From assembly GCA_964016885.1 (NCBI GenBank), contig OZ024742.1, positions 90,644,001 to 90,708,000 on the forward strand: DNA of 64,000 bases. The letters run 5' to 3'. The translations under genes and the position numbers were made by a program. This stretch comes from Eledone cirrhosa. Lineage: Eukaryota. Under the pieces are notes generated by a model. It had not been told where the DNA came from and ran no database searches. It saw only the letters and a program-made list of their open reading frames with translations. Positions 1 to 12,643 of this stretch are shown piece after piece; position 1 is the first letter of the stretch, and every line of letters starts with the position of its first letter.

Positions 1-116
1 CCCGTAAGGATGAAAGACAAAGTTAAGCTCGGCGGGAATTGAACTCAGAATGGCAAAGGCCGTAACTCTATGCGTCAAAGCATGGCGTCCGACCCTCTAC
101 CGATACTGCCAATCCA
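1..116 (-). mobile_element. tRNA-derived SINE (Meta-core-like family A), cut by window edge
   Basis: Reverse complement gives box A-like TGGCAGTATCGG, box B-like GAGTTCAATTCC and the core GTCTTTCATCCTTACGGG; near-identical to many other copies in the window. Confidence 0.85.
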
Positions 117-126
117 ATAATATATA

Positions 127-162
<36 letters not shown>

Positions 163-274
163 TATATTAGAAAGATCGAGTATCGAAAAATCGGCGCACG
201 AGTTCACGATAAACAAAATTCGAAATGAGCGGCAGAGGGCTCAATAATTCAGATGAATCAGAGATATATATATG

Positions 275-356
<82 letters not shown>

Positions 357-658
357 CCTTGCTCACTTTTGATGGTCTTTTGTCTCTTGTTCACGATTTC
401 ACCGAGTTTATATTCATAGAGATCTGGGACTTGTCTATTTCTTCTCACTTTCCGTTGCTTAAACTTTTTTGTTTGTTACCCTGGCCTCCCCTTTGTTTAC
501 GTGTCCCAACGACTTTTTTTAGCACCAACCTGAGGCATATGGCCCTTAAAGCGATGAAATGCCTGGGACGGTTGGAGGGTCACTGATGAAGGACCTACTT
601 TTTCACATGCCCCACCATTTGCAACGGGCAGCCTATTATTTTCATATATATATATATA

Positions 659-953
659 TATAAAGAAAAAGGGATGAAATCGAAAATGCAACTGAAGTCT
701 TATTTTTTTTAAAAATATATATATTTATTTGGTTCCTTTACATCTGAGATGTGAGAAAAACCACAGACCCTCCATCTCAACTCACCTTTTGAAAAGCAGA
801 AGAACTGCGAAACCGGTAAAGGAACCAAATAAATATATATATTTAAAAAAAAAATAAGACTTCAGTTGCATTTTCGATTTCATCCCTTTTTCTTTATACT
901 TCCACTCGTGTAGGACACCTCGGTTATTTTTCATTTTGTAAAAAAAGCCTCAC

Positions 954-958
<5 letters not shown>
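659..958 (+). mobile_element. Penelope-type terminal-repeat remnant in (TA)n: ~82-bp inverted repeat plus degenerate hammerhead
   Basis: Arms 659-741 and 816-898 are near-perfect reverse complements; both flanks are (TA)n. Confidence 0.65.
785..822 (+). ncRNA. Minimal type-I hammerhead ribozyme motif, degenerate core
   Basis: cctt-TTGAAAA-gcag aagaa ctgc-GAAA-ccggTA-aagg: stems I and II pair and stem III is a palindrome (ACCGGT); the CUGANGA box has two substitutions. Confidence 0.6.
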
Positions 959-1008
<50 letters not shown>

Positions 1009-1054
1009 GTATATATATAATATATATATGTACCAGAAAATTACATTGACAGTC

Positions 1055-1105
1055 GGCTTTCTGATGATTTCCTCCGAATGAAACAGTTCTAGTCCTGTAG
1101 AAGCC
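1055..1105 (+). ncRNA. Type-I hammerhead ribozyme, intact core boxes
   Basis: ggcttt-CTGATGA-t ttc ctcc gaa t-GAAAcag ttctagtc ctgTA-gaagcc; all three stems form, GUA cleavage triplet; lies in a ~90-bp insert between TA tracts. Confidence 0.85.
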
Positions 1106-1145
1106 ATTTCTATATTAAATATATATATATATATATATATATAAT

Positions 1146-1229
<84 letters not shown>

Positions 1230-1288
1230 TATATATATATATATACACATATATATATGTTACTATATATATATGTTATTTATTATAT

Positions 1289-1320
<32 letters not shown>

Positions 1321-1407
1321 GAGAAATAGATATCTTATGTATATAATGTATATACTTTATGTATATATATATACACACACACACACACACATATACAGAC
1401 TCACATA

Positions 1408-1469
<62 letters not shown>

Positions 1470-1576
1470 TGTGTATATATATATTTATACATATATATAT
1501 GTACATATATTTCCAAACCTAGGTAGGTTATATTTGATGTGTCTCTTCGTTTTAGGTGCATTTATAAACCTTTATC

Positions 1577-1725
1577 GGGCGGCGATTTTGCAGAGCCGTT
1601 AGATCATCGGATAAAATGCATCATTATTCGTTCAGGGTCGCCTCACGACCAAATGCTGTAGAGGTTATTTTTACCTTTCACCCTTTCAAGGTCGATAAAT
1701 AAAGAAATACTCCAATACTGGTTCT
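1577..1725 (+). mobile_element. Diverged family-A SINE
   Basis: GGCGGCGATTTTGCAGAGCCGTTAG head and ACCTTTCACCCTTTCAAGGTCGATAAAT core. Confidence 0.6.
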
Positions 1726-1769
1726 ATATGTCTCTCACTTCTTCTGTATTACTTTATCTCCTTCAAACG

Positions 1770-1968
1770 TGTACTCTGAAGATTGTTTGCAGAGAGATTC
1801 AGTGTGGCTTGACGTGACGACAATGCTGTCCCTTTGAATTATAAGTACTTTTTAAAACCAGCTCAGTCGACTGGAGTAACGTTAAATAGTGCTTTGTTCA
1901 ACCTGCCGCCCGGAATCGAATTCTTGATCTTATGGTCGTGAGTCGATTCCTTAAACCCTAAGACAAGC
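1770..1968 (-). mobile_element. Old tRNA-derived SINE, family B
   Basis: Minus strand has a tRNA-like head ending GAATTCGATTCC followed by TTGAACAAAGCACT; related decayed copies near 6870-7135, 19395-19597, 22415-22603, 34290-34435. Confidence 0.5.
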
Positions 1969-2215
1969 ACAAATGAACTCACACACACACACACACACAC
2001 ACAGAGGAACACACACAAGACTACACACACACACATACACACACGAACACACACACATACACACACACACACAGGACACACACACACACACATACACACA
2101 CACACACACAAGCATAACATGTTTATGCTTTCCCAATTTGTTATTTGTTATAGTTATTTCTTTTTTTAGTTTTGTTGTGTCTCTCTCTTTCTCTCTTACC
2201 GTCTGTCTCTCTTTC

Positions 2216-2330
<115 letters not shown>

Positions 2331-2424
2331 CAGGTCGCTCATGAGTCGCTACTGGTAGCATGTACTCAGTATAACCTGTAACATAGTCGGGAAATTGGCG
2401 ACTAAACCGTCAACCTTGCATATA

Positions 2425-2516
<92 letters not shown>

Positions 2517-2611
2517 TGCGTGTGTGTGTATACATAAAGATATAAAAATATATATATTATACATACTCAATGATATTAAATAAATGGAAACTATATTTAT
2601 AAAACCATATT

Positions 2612-2675
2612 TATTTCATTATATATATTTCTAGGGTACCAAGACAACATTGGTACGCTTTCATCAGATAAAACA
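2612..2675 (-). ncRNA. Type-I hammerhead ribozyme
   Basis: Minus strand: tgttttat-CTGATGA-aagcgtacca atgttgtct tggtacccta-GAAA-tatataTA-atgaaata. Confidence 0.8.
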
Positions 2676-2795
2676 CAAAGTTTGTTTTATAAATAGAGAC
2701 ATACCCATGAAAATCATACCTTATCCGTTGGAAATTCACTGAACCGATAAGGTATGATTATCATGGGTATGTCTCTATTTATAAAACAAACTTTG

Positions 2796-2858
2796 TATTT
2801 TATCTGAAGAAAGCGTACCAAAGTGCTTTGGTACCCTTGAAATATATATAATAAAATA
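2796..2858 (+). ncRNA. Type-I hammerhead ribozyme, intact core boxes
   Basis: tattttat-CTGAAGA-aagcgtacca aagtgctt tggtaccctt-GAAA-tatataTA-ataaaata; 8-bp stem I, 9/10-bp stem II, palindromic minimal stem III. Confidence 0.88.
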
Positions 2859-3028
2859 AATAAGATTTTATAAATATAGTTTCCATTTATTTAATATCAT
2901 TGAATATTTACTCCAGTAATTTGTTGAGTGCTCTAAATCAGTTATAAACATTTATGTTTGTCGGACTTCCAACAAATTAAATACCACTTCTACTTATATT
3001 ATACATATATATATTATCAGTGACATAT

Positions 3029-3079
3029 ACAGGTACTTAAGTTTCGTTAGGTTAGACACCCCCAACTCATCCAGCCTGT
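3029..3079 (-). ncRNA. Hammerhead ribozyme motif with one extra core nucleotide
   Basis: Minus strand: acagg-CTGGATGA-gttggg ggtgtctaa cctaac-GAAAc ttaa gTA-cctgt; in a ~95-bp insert between TA tracts. Confidence 0.75.
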
Positions 3080-3106
3080 TATATAAAAAGAACATGTCTA
3101 CTCCCG

Positions 3107-3206
<100 letters not shown>

Positions 3207-3211
3207 CAATC

Positions 3212-3242
<31 letters not shown>

Positions 3243-3331
3243 AGCAGTCATATAAATATATTGGTAGAGATTGATGGATATGAGTAAATAGATAACTCCA
3301 GGCACACATACATGTGTGTGTGTGAGTAAGT

Positions 3332-3410
<79 letters not shown>

Positions 3411-4230
3411 GTATGTATATATGGATAAGTATATCTATCAATGTTTATGTCTGCATGTGTATCAGTGTCTGCGTGTTTGTGTTTGTTTGTCTGTGTGTTT
3501 GTGTGTGTTTTATTTATGTTACGTGTTTAGTTACATTAATAGTTGAAGGGAAAGCAACAGGCGGAAGATTAACACAGAAGAAGAAGAAGAAGAAGAAGAA
3601 ATATGAGGAGTAGTTGTATAAGGAGGAGAGGTTGAAGTTGAAATGGAGAGATGTAAAGGAGAGCAGACGAAAAAAAAATTGACGAAAAAGAGTGGAAGTA
3701 AGAGAGAAACGAAGAGTAAGTAGAAATAAGAAGTAGAAAAAGTGGAAGGAGGAGAAGTAGGTGGAGTAATATAAGAAATAAAAAAAACTATCACAATGAC
3801 AAACAAATAATCAAACAAAAGCTGAAATAGAAGTGTATAGCAAGACGGGCGGGTGAAAGTCGGATGTTGCCACCCACTCTCCAGTGGAGCCTAAACTTAG
3901 CAAGGGACAACGTCTGAACGTCCACAAGCTGTCCTTATTATAAACAGTTTAACGTTGACTGAACAAGGAAAGAAGTTGTTGAGCTGAAAAAATAAATAAC
4001 AAACAAAAGTAGCCTTCAGTGAAAGCCATCGCAAATGAGACAAGCTCATGTTGGATACATGTTTGCAGAGCGGTTATCGAAAGGTGTGTAAACTGGTTGT
4101 TTTTTCATGTTTTTCTATTTCATTTTGTGTTGTCTCCTTTACTTTGTATTTACCTTGTTACTCTGTAGATTTCCTAAACTTTTCTTTATTTTTTGTTTAT
4201 TAGTCAGTATATTGGGCATTTTATCAACAA

Positions 4231-4285
<55 letters not shown>

Positions 4286-4329
4286 TTACTACTACTGTTA
4301 TTGTTGTTATTTAACTCCAATATCAACAT

Positions 4330-4831
4330 AGATCGAGTAGACAGTTCTATACTATAACCTGAGGCATTCCAGCTATGACCATCACAACTTCATATCAGGC
4401 AGCGTACTACATGGTTATATTATCCTACATGTATTTTCTGTTCTTAGATGTCTGGGTGTAAATTGAGGGAGATTTGGTTGTTGTTTCTAACAGGTCCCGT
4501 AATAGTTCCCTACTCATTGTTATTGGTGTTGTTGTTTAGTAACAAATCAACTCAGGTTGAGGAGAGCTAAGTGTTCAAAATGTAACCATTTTACCTGTTT
4601 CTATACATCTTGGACTACATTGTCCAATTTATGCTTCCTATTTTTAAAGACCTTGTATTGTGATTTGAGGAATTTGGCTGCTATATCTAATGTAGGACGA
4701 GTGACGACTCGCTATTGCTATTACGTAGTCACTAAGCTTATTTCACCTGTAGGTGCATAATTCACGTTGTTGTCATTTTCATCGTTATTACTAAATAAAC
4801 AATACAGAAATCATCATACTTATAATTGTTA

Positions 4832-4877
<46 letters not shown>

Positions 4878-6570
4878 GTTTTAACCCCTAGTTATTAGAA
4901 TTTCACTTAATGATCACTTAATCACCATGATTACACGAAGACTTGTGCCTATGTGAACATTTGTTTTTCTTCATACTTTAGCTCCCTGGAGAGTGGATTA
5001 CCTCCAAAGTAGTTATATAATTATTTCTGATGTTTCAGCTAGTTTGGTACCTTACTATTCTGTGTTCAAATTAGACATTTGTTTAAGGGTAGAATAAATA
5101 AGTACCAGTTGTATAACGAAGACCAATTTAAATTTTCCCTGTTATTTGAAACCATTATTCTGGTTATTGACCAGGCGGTGGTTTAGCAGAGTCGTTAGAG
5201 GTCGGACAAATGCTTAGCAATATTTTTTCAGGCTCCTTATGTTCTGAATTCAACTCCTGCTGAGGTCAACTTTACCTTTCATCCTAAAGTGCTCAATAAA
5301 ATAAAGTACTGGGGTCGATTTAACCGACTTTCACCTCCTTCAAACTTCTAGCTTTGTGCCTTAATTAGAAATTATTGATGTGTATTTTGGTTTTCATTTT
5401 TGTTGTTTAATCCCTGGACAGCCTTAATCGAGCAGAACCGCTCCAGCCGTAACTAAACAATTTGTTGTTTTTTTAAAATTCCGACAGTATATCTTAGACT
5501 ACCTTATCTAATGTATCATCTTTTCATTTTTTTAAGATGGTAGGATGTGATTTGAGAGAGATTTAGCCGATATGTCCAGCAGGTTGGTGGAGCTCATAGA
5601 GATTTTTTCGTTGGCATAGAATTCCTTGTGTGGGTGTTTGTAATAAGGGTTCTGGTTAAAGCCATATAATGCCGGTTTAAACGCCTTGCATCCTTTAGTT
5701 CTAATGCTCTACGTCTAATGTTGAAACCCTTCCGGCATCGAGTTTGTTATTTCTTCCTTTGAAGTTGATACAAATAGTACCAGTTGTTGTTTCATTCTAG
5801 GCAAACGTGAGAGAGCAGGTCTATGATTAAATAGTCCCAGTTCTAATCATTCAGAGAGTTTAGGGCTTTGGGGAGGAGATTGGAAAAGTATTGGAGTCGA
5901 TATAATCGTCTTTCCCCTCCCCACAAACTGCTGGTGTTGTGCCTAAATGAGTGAATTAGAAATCATTATCAATTTTGAACGGCCATGATGGAACAATGTC
6001 ACAATATGATGAGCCCCTTAGTGTGCTTGACACATGTTGATAGTAGAAAAATGAGTACTACATTGTTCAAATGTCTTTCTTTTATTAAGGTGGTGGGGTG
6101 AAATTTGAGGGAGATTCCGTTGTTATTTCTAGTAGATGGAACGACCAGGTTGAAGCATCGTTAACTCGTTTGTAAGGGTGTTGATTTCGTTGATTTTCCC
6201 CTCCCACTCTCTGCATTAATTGTTCTTTTTGTTACTTCTGTTATTTCATATTTTATACTGAGACTCCATCATTGACCCTATGTTATGAACAATTGTTTCT
6301 TCTGGCGCAGTTTGGTTTATTTTGGTATATTTTTCATTGTTTTAGTTAGTATTGTTCTAAGCGTATATGTCTAATTTAGAAAATGATGTTGGTTACTGTG
6401 ATGTTTAGCCACAAGTCAGATCTGATTCAGCAGAGCTATGATCATAAACATTTCAACCATTACCATCTGATATGTTTTTGAACCATAGTATAACCAATGT
6501 CCTTTATTTTTAAAGATGTTAGCTTGTGATTTAAGAAAAATTTAGTCTGTTGTTTTTAGCAAGACACAAC
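4330..6570 (-). mobile_element. Cluster of decayed copies of SINE-like family C
   Basis: Recurring block TTTAAGATGGTAGG(A)TGTGATTTGAGGGAGATTTGGCTGCTATTTCTAGCAGG near 4440, 4640, 5530, 6085, 6510; also near 25770, 55200, 55570 and in reverse near 24600, 42400, 57630. Confidence 0.6.
5174..5376 (+). mobile_element. Family-A SINE, older long variant
   Basis: GGCGGTGGTTTAGCAGAGTCG head, GAATTCAACTCC box B, GAGGTCAACTTTACCTTTCATCC core, TTGTGCCTTAATTAGAAATTATT tail. Confidence 0.8.
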
Positions 6571-9249
6571 GAAATATCCACTTTCTATATTGTTGGGAAA
6601 ATATCCCGAATCAACAATATGGTCAATAATAACAGTAACGACAATAACAATGATGACATTAAAAGCGTTGCTCTAACATGGCCAGCATGTTTCAATGATT
6701 AACAAAAACAACAAATATTTAGGTGATACAAGAGCTCACATTTAGTACAATGAGGAGTAAAATTGATTTAATCAATTCTAATTATATTAATGGTATTTCG
6801 TATATCGACTAGGGAGAATTTACCCGATTGTGTTGGTTTTTTACGTTATTTCGAAGATGAGCACTCAGTTAGATTAACTGATCAACTACCTATGCATTAA
6901 ATTAACGTGTAAGTGGCAGAGTATTTAAAAAACGCACGTACCTCTTGTATTCACCAAGAAAACAATTCATCTAGCTGGCTTCATATAGTTCCTATCTATC
7001 TAATTTCGCTGACAAGATTTTGCTCGACTCGAGGCTGTATTAAACAATACTAGCCCACAATACTTCCCTGTCGAATCAAATCTGGGGCCTCATGATTGTG
7101 AAGCGAATGTCCTAACTAATCGGCTAGGGGTGCATCCACACGTTGCCCTAATAACATCAACCACAAAGGTTTATTATATTAGTGTAATACCACATTTTTG
7201 CGGGGGAGGAATAATATTTGATTAATTCAATATCCTAACTAAATAGTACATAGTTTCCACGATCTAGAACGATAAAAATCAAAGTCAATTGTCGCAGAAC
7301 TTTACTGTTGCAAAAGTCGAATCAACGAGATTTCAACCCAGAATCTCAAATGATCTAAATTAATACTGTGAGACACAATCGCTCCATTCAATGATTCTGC
7401 CTCCAAAATGGGTGATTTATAAAGGCTAGGAAATGCGTTTAGTTGAATGAAGAGGAAAGGAGTGATGCGCCATTCATATCTTATTGAGTATCATCTCTTA
7501 TTGGTTTATTTTTTACTCAACATACAGACTCATAATTTTAAGAGAATTGAGATATAGAAGGTCGTGTCGTTTATTCATCTCTTAACAGCGTTAGCAACGT
7601 AAATGAAGTGCACTTGCATTAAGTAAAGATAAAATCTGGTTACTAATCTCTTGTTGTCAGGTGCACATCTGCACGTCCCAAATTATTCCATTTGACATAT
7701 CACAAAGTTATTGTCTCCAGGAATATGACAAAACGAAAAGTCAAAATCCAATACATTATTTTATTAAGCCTGGAATTGTGGTAGTAGCAGACAAAATTAC
7801 GACTTACAACATAAAAACTCTGATACTAAACTGAATATTCTAAAGTAAATGAACCCCTGATGCTTAGGACAATAATCCCGGTTACTTGTACAAGTCTGAA
7901 GACTTTTTTTTTAAATAACGAAAAGAGATTTGAGGTCCTCTAATGCCTTAATAGCATTCATGACACAAATGAAATGAAATTGTTCTAAATGGCGAGTAAA
8001 ATAAGATTTTATATAGGCTTCACAAAAAATCGCTTTTCCTTAAAGGAGTTTGATTTTTTATACTGATAGCTTATGTAATGATGCTGCTCACTTTGTCATA
8101 ACATATTCCTTCAATGCAGCCGGCGATGTGGTCCCTACGTATGTGTTAAAGATGAAAGACAAATGTCTAAGTCATACGTCATCATTTTAGATAAGGAAAA
8201 GACCTAGGGCTAAACAACAATAACTCCACTGAAAAAGTCCAACAGCCGATCATCACATTAAAACCCTTCTTCCAGTGATTATATTCTAACTGACAATTTA
8301 GCAGAAGCTGACTAAAATAAAATAAAATAAATGTTCAAATAATAATAATTATTATTTGGGAAGAGAAACGTATATATTGTCCCCAACATTTAACAGCTAC
8401 TTTATTTTATCAACCCCGGATGGATGGAAGCTAAAGGTGATCTCGCCCTTTTAAAAATTCAAATCATAAAGGATCGTAACTCCACACAGCAAGGCATTCT
8501 GTTCACTGCTTTAAAGATTCTGCCAATTCATGAAATTTTAGCTGGTAATGTATTTTTTAAGTTCGATGTAGCTGCTATCTCTAGATGATCACGTGACCTC
8601 GTTGACACACTGTCCCATCAGTGATTATATCTAACAAAAGAGCAAGGCTAGATTTTGGGGAGCGTGGGAAGAAGTCAATTATAATATTTCGAAATATTTG
8701 ACAGGTAATTTATCTTATTGACTGCTGTTCAATGAAAGGAAAAGTTGACCACGGTGGGATTTGAATTCAGAACCGAAGTAGTTTCCGCAAAGGATTTTGA
8801 GTTAACAAAGTCAAAGGCCTTCCCACCGTGACCAACTAGTTTATTTTATTATTATTTGGTTACATTGCATTTATCACTACATTGCTCAATATTTAACAGG
8901 CATCATAGTCAACCAAAATCTTCCTCGGACCATACAGATTTGGCTGTCATATCTAATAGAATTACCAAAACTCCTATCGTTCCTGTACTTGATGGATTTA
9001 ATACTGCTATTAATGAAGTAACAAATATTGCTCACCTAGCATACACAAAATATGATACAATGCATACACAATGACCATCGCCGTTATATTAAGCAATAAG
9101 AACTGATCCGAAAATCAAATGTTATAGCAACAGACGTTCGTGATCAGACAGTGTAGAAGTAAACCTTTTTTTTAGTATATCAAATCCCAAATATATTATA
9201 CACATCATTAAGTTTGACAACGTGAGTTTGTGCGGTGGAGTGAGCGTGA

Positions 9250-9257
9250 ATATAAAT

Positions 9258-9290
<33 letters not shown>

Positions 9291-9703
9291 ATAATATATA
9301 TATTTTATATATGTATATATATATATATATATTTTTTTTTATTTATTTATTATATTTATATATATATTATATGTATATTTTATTTATGTATATATTATAT
9401 ATATCTATATATGTATTATATTTATGTATATATTATATATATATATATGTATTATATATATATATATATTATATATATTTATATATATATTTTATTTATA
9501 TATATATTATATTTATATATATATTATATATATATTTTATTTATATATATATTATATATATATATTTTATTTATATATATATTATATATATATATTATAT
9601 TTATATATATATATATATTATATATATATATTATTTATATATATTATATATGTATATATATATGTTTTATTTATATATGTATATTATTTATATATATATT
9701 ATA

Positions 9704-9745
<42 letters not shown>

Positions 9746-10807
9746 CACATATATATACATATATATATATACATATAAATATGTGTATATTATATAAATA
9801 TATATATATATAAAAAATATATATATGTATTATATAAATATACATATTATAAATATATATATATATCATATAAATGTATATATTATATATATTATATAAA
9901 TTTATATATTATAAAGATATATATATATTATATAGATACATATTGTATAAATAAATATATTATATAAATATATGTTATATAAATATATATATGTTATATA
10001 AATATATATATTATATATATATATATATTATAAAAAAAATATATATTATATAAATATGCATATGAATATATATTTATTATATAGATATATATTGTATAAA
10101 TATATATATTATATAAATATATATATTTTTTATAAATATATATATATTATATATATTTATATATATATATATTATATAAATATATATATATGTTATATAA
10201 ATATATATATTACCTAATATATCCCTTCCATATACTGTACCGATTGTGTTCTTATTTCTGTTTACCTTTTACATACATATATATATATTATTATATACAT
10301 ATATAAATATATAAATATTATAAATATATATATTATATATAAATATATATGTATATTATATAAATATATATATATATACGGTATACAAAGAAAGCTAAGC
10401 AATATTAGTTGAAATTCGAAAATACATTTATTACATATTTATTTAGACAAACATTAATTAAACTACATGAAATGAATACTCTTATCTCACCCCCCCCCCC
10501 CGCCACACACACAAACTTACATATATACATATATATATATTATTATATACATATATAAATATATAAATATTATAAATATATATATTATATATAAATATAT
10601 ATGTATATTATATAAATATATATATATACGGTATACAAAGAAAGCTAAGCAATATTAGTTGAAATTCGAAAATAGATTTATTACATATTTATTTAGACAA
10701 ACATTAATTAAACTACATGAAATGAATACTCTTATCTCCCCCCCCCCCCGCCACACACACAAACTTACATATATATATAATAAATATATATATATATATA
10801 TATCTAC

Positions 10808-10852
<45 letters not shown>

Positions 10853-11442
10853 TACATATATATTTATATAATATATATACATATATATATATATGTATAT
10901 ATACATATATATATAATATATACATATATATATATAACATATATATATATAATATATATATATATATAATATATACATATATATATATAGTATATACATA
11001 TATATATATAATATATACATATATATATATATTATATATATATATGTATATATTATATATATATGTATATATTATATATATATATATGTATATATTATAT
11101 ATATAATATATATACATATATATAATATATACATATATATATATATAATATATACATATATATATATATAATATATACATATATATATATATAATATATA
11201 CATATATATATATATAATATATACATATATATATATAATATATACATATATATATATAATATATACATATATATATATATAATATATACATATATATATA
11301 TAATATATATACATATATATATATAATATATATACATATATATATATAATATATACATATATATATATATATAATATATATATATATATAATATATACAT
11401 ATATATATATATAATATATACATATATATATATATATAATAT
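9250..11442. repeat. Compound (TA)n microsatellite array with variant units
   Basis: Almost pure A/T alternation with recurring variants such as (TA)nATATATACA; interrupted at 10210-10275 and 10379-10770. Confidence 0.95.
10281..10780. repeat. ~250-bp tandem duplication
   Basis: Block CGGTATACAAAGAAAGCTAAGC...polyC-GCCACACACACAAACTTAC starts at 10379 and 10629 with the same upstream TA-variant pattern. Confidence 0.9.
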
Positions 11443-11443
11443 A

Positions 11444-12034
11444 CTAGCAGTGGTACCCGGCGTTGCACGGGATAAGGTATTATGAAATATATAACCGCCT
11501 TAGCTAAGCTTAGTATTGATACAACCACGGCTGGCAAAGAAGTAAGGGTCTGGTGGTACGTAAGTAGGCAACACTATGACTTAAAACGTGAGGGAGAAGT
11601 TGTGTGCACTTACCAACTGTTTGGGGAATGAGTGTGAGATTTGTCTTGAGCAAGGATGGCAGAATAACCGGAGGCAGCACACAGCCAGACATGCAGTCAG
11701 ATATTATAAGGGCGCGTTCTGGACGCAGAGCGAATTGTAGGAAGTGACGTAATGCAGACAGGCAGACATATAGACAGATATTATAAGGGCGCGAGGTTTT
11801 ATGTATGTATCTATCTAAAAAGAGAAAGACTAAGAATGATAGAGAGAGAGATCGCTAAATCGCCTAATGCGGTCCCTAGGGCATTGAACATTTGAAATTC
11901 TTTATGCTCAGAACACTTCTTGAAACAAGTATTACGTGTGTAAAGTTTGAAAACAGTCGGTTGGGTGGTTCTCTAGTTTTAAGGATTCAAAGTCACACAC
12001 ACACAGATAGATATCCTCAGTTTTATATATATAG

Positions 12035-12035
<1 letters not shown>
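11444..12035 (-). mobile_element. Non-autonomous Helitron
   Basis: Minus strand begins a|TCTATATATATAAAA and ends with a GC hairpin CCCGTGCAACGCCGGG then TACCACTGCTAG|t; inserted between A and T without TSD; internal repeat CAGATATTATAAGGGCGCG twice. Confidence 0.85.
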
Positions 12036-12074
<39 letters not shown>

Positions 12075-12092
12075 ATATATATAATATATATA

Positions 12093-12195
12093 TAATTGTT
12101 TCTACGTTTGGCACAAGCCCAGCAATTAACCAGTGTATTACTGGTACTTTATTTTATCGATCCCATAATGATGAAAGGGGTCAATAAAATAAAGT
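12093..12195 (-). mobile_element. Family-A SINE 3' fragment
   Basis: AATTGTTTCTAC...GGCACAAG...ACTGGTACTTTATTTTATCGA between TA tracts. Confidence 0.8.
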
Positions 12196-12470
12196 ATTAT
12201 ATATATATATATAATATATACATATATATATATATATACATATATAATATAAATATACATATATAATATAAATATACATATATAATATAAATATACATAT
12301 ATAATATAAATATACATATATAATATATATATATATATATATACATATATAATATATATATAATATATATATATAATATATATAAATAATATATACATAC
12401 ATATATATATATATGATATATATAATATATATATATATGATATATATGATATATACATATATATATATAT

Positions 12471-12502
<32 letters not shown>

Positions 12503-12603
12503 ATATATATACAATATATATAATATATACATATATATATATATATAATATATATATATATAATATATATATGTAATATATATATATATAATATATATAT
12601 GTA

Positions 12604-12643
<40 letters not shown>

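Larger units (their letters stand above)
2567..2996. mobile_element. Penelope-type terminal-repeat remnant: ~158-bp inverted repeat with a hammerhead in each arm
   Basis: Arms 2567-2725 and 2746-2903 with a 20-nt spacer; tail 2904-2996 recurs at ~16160-16262. Confidence 0.75.

Noticed and set aside
167-645. Two TA-flanked inserts with CTGAGGC...GAAA (530-558), CTGATGA (583) and CAGATGA (250)
   Set aside because: Probably the same class of insert, but no consistent three-stem hammerhead could be folded.
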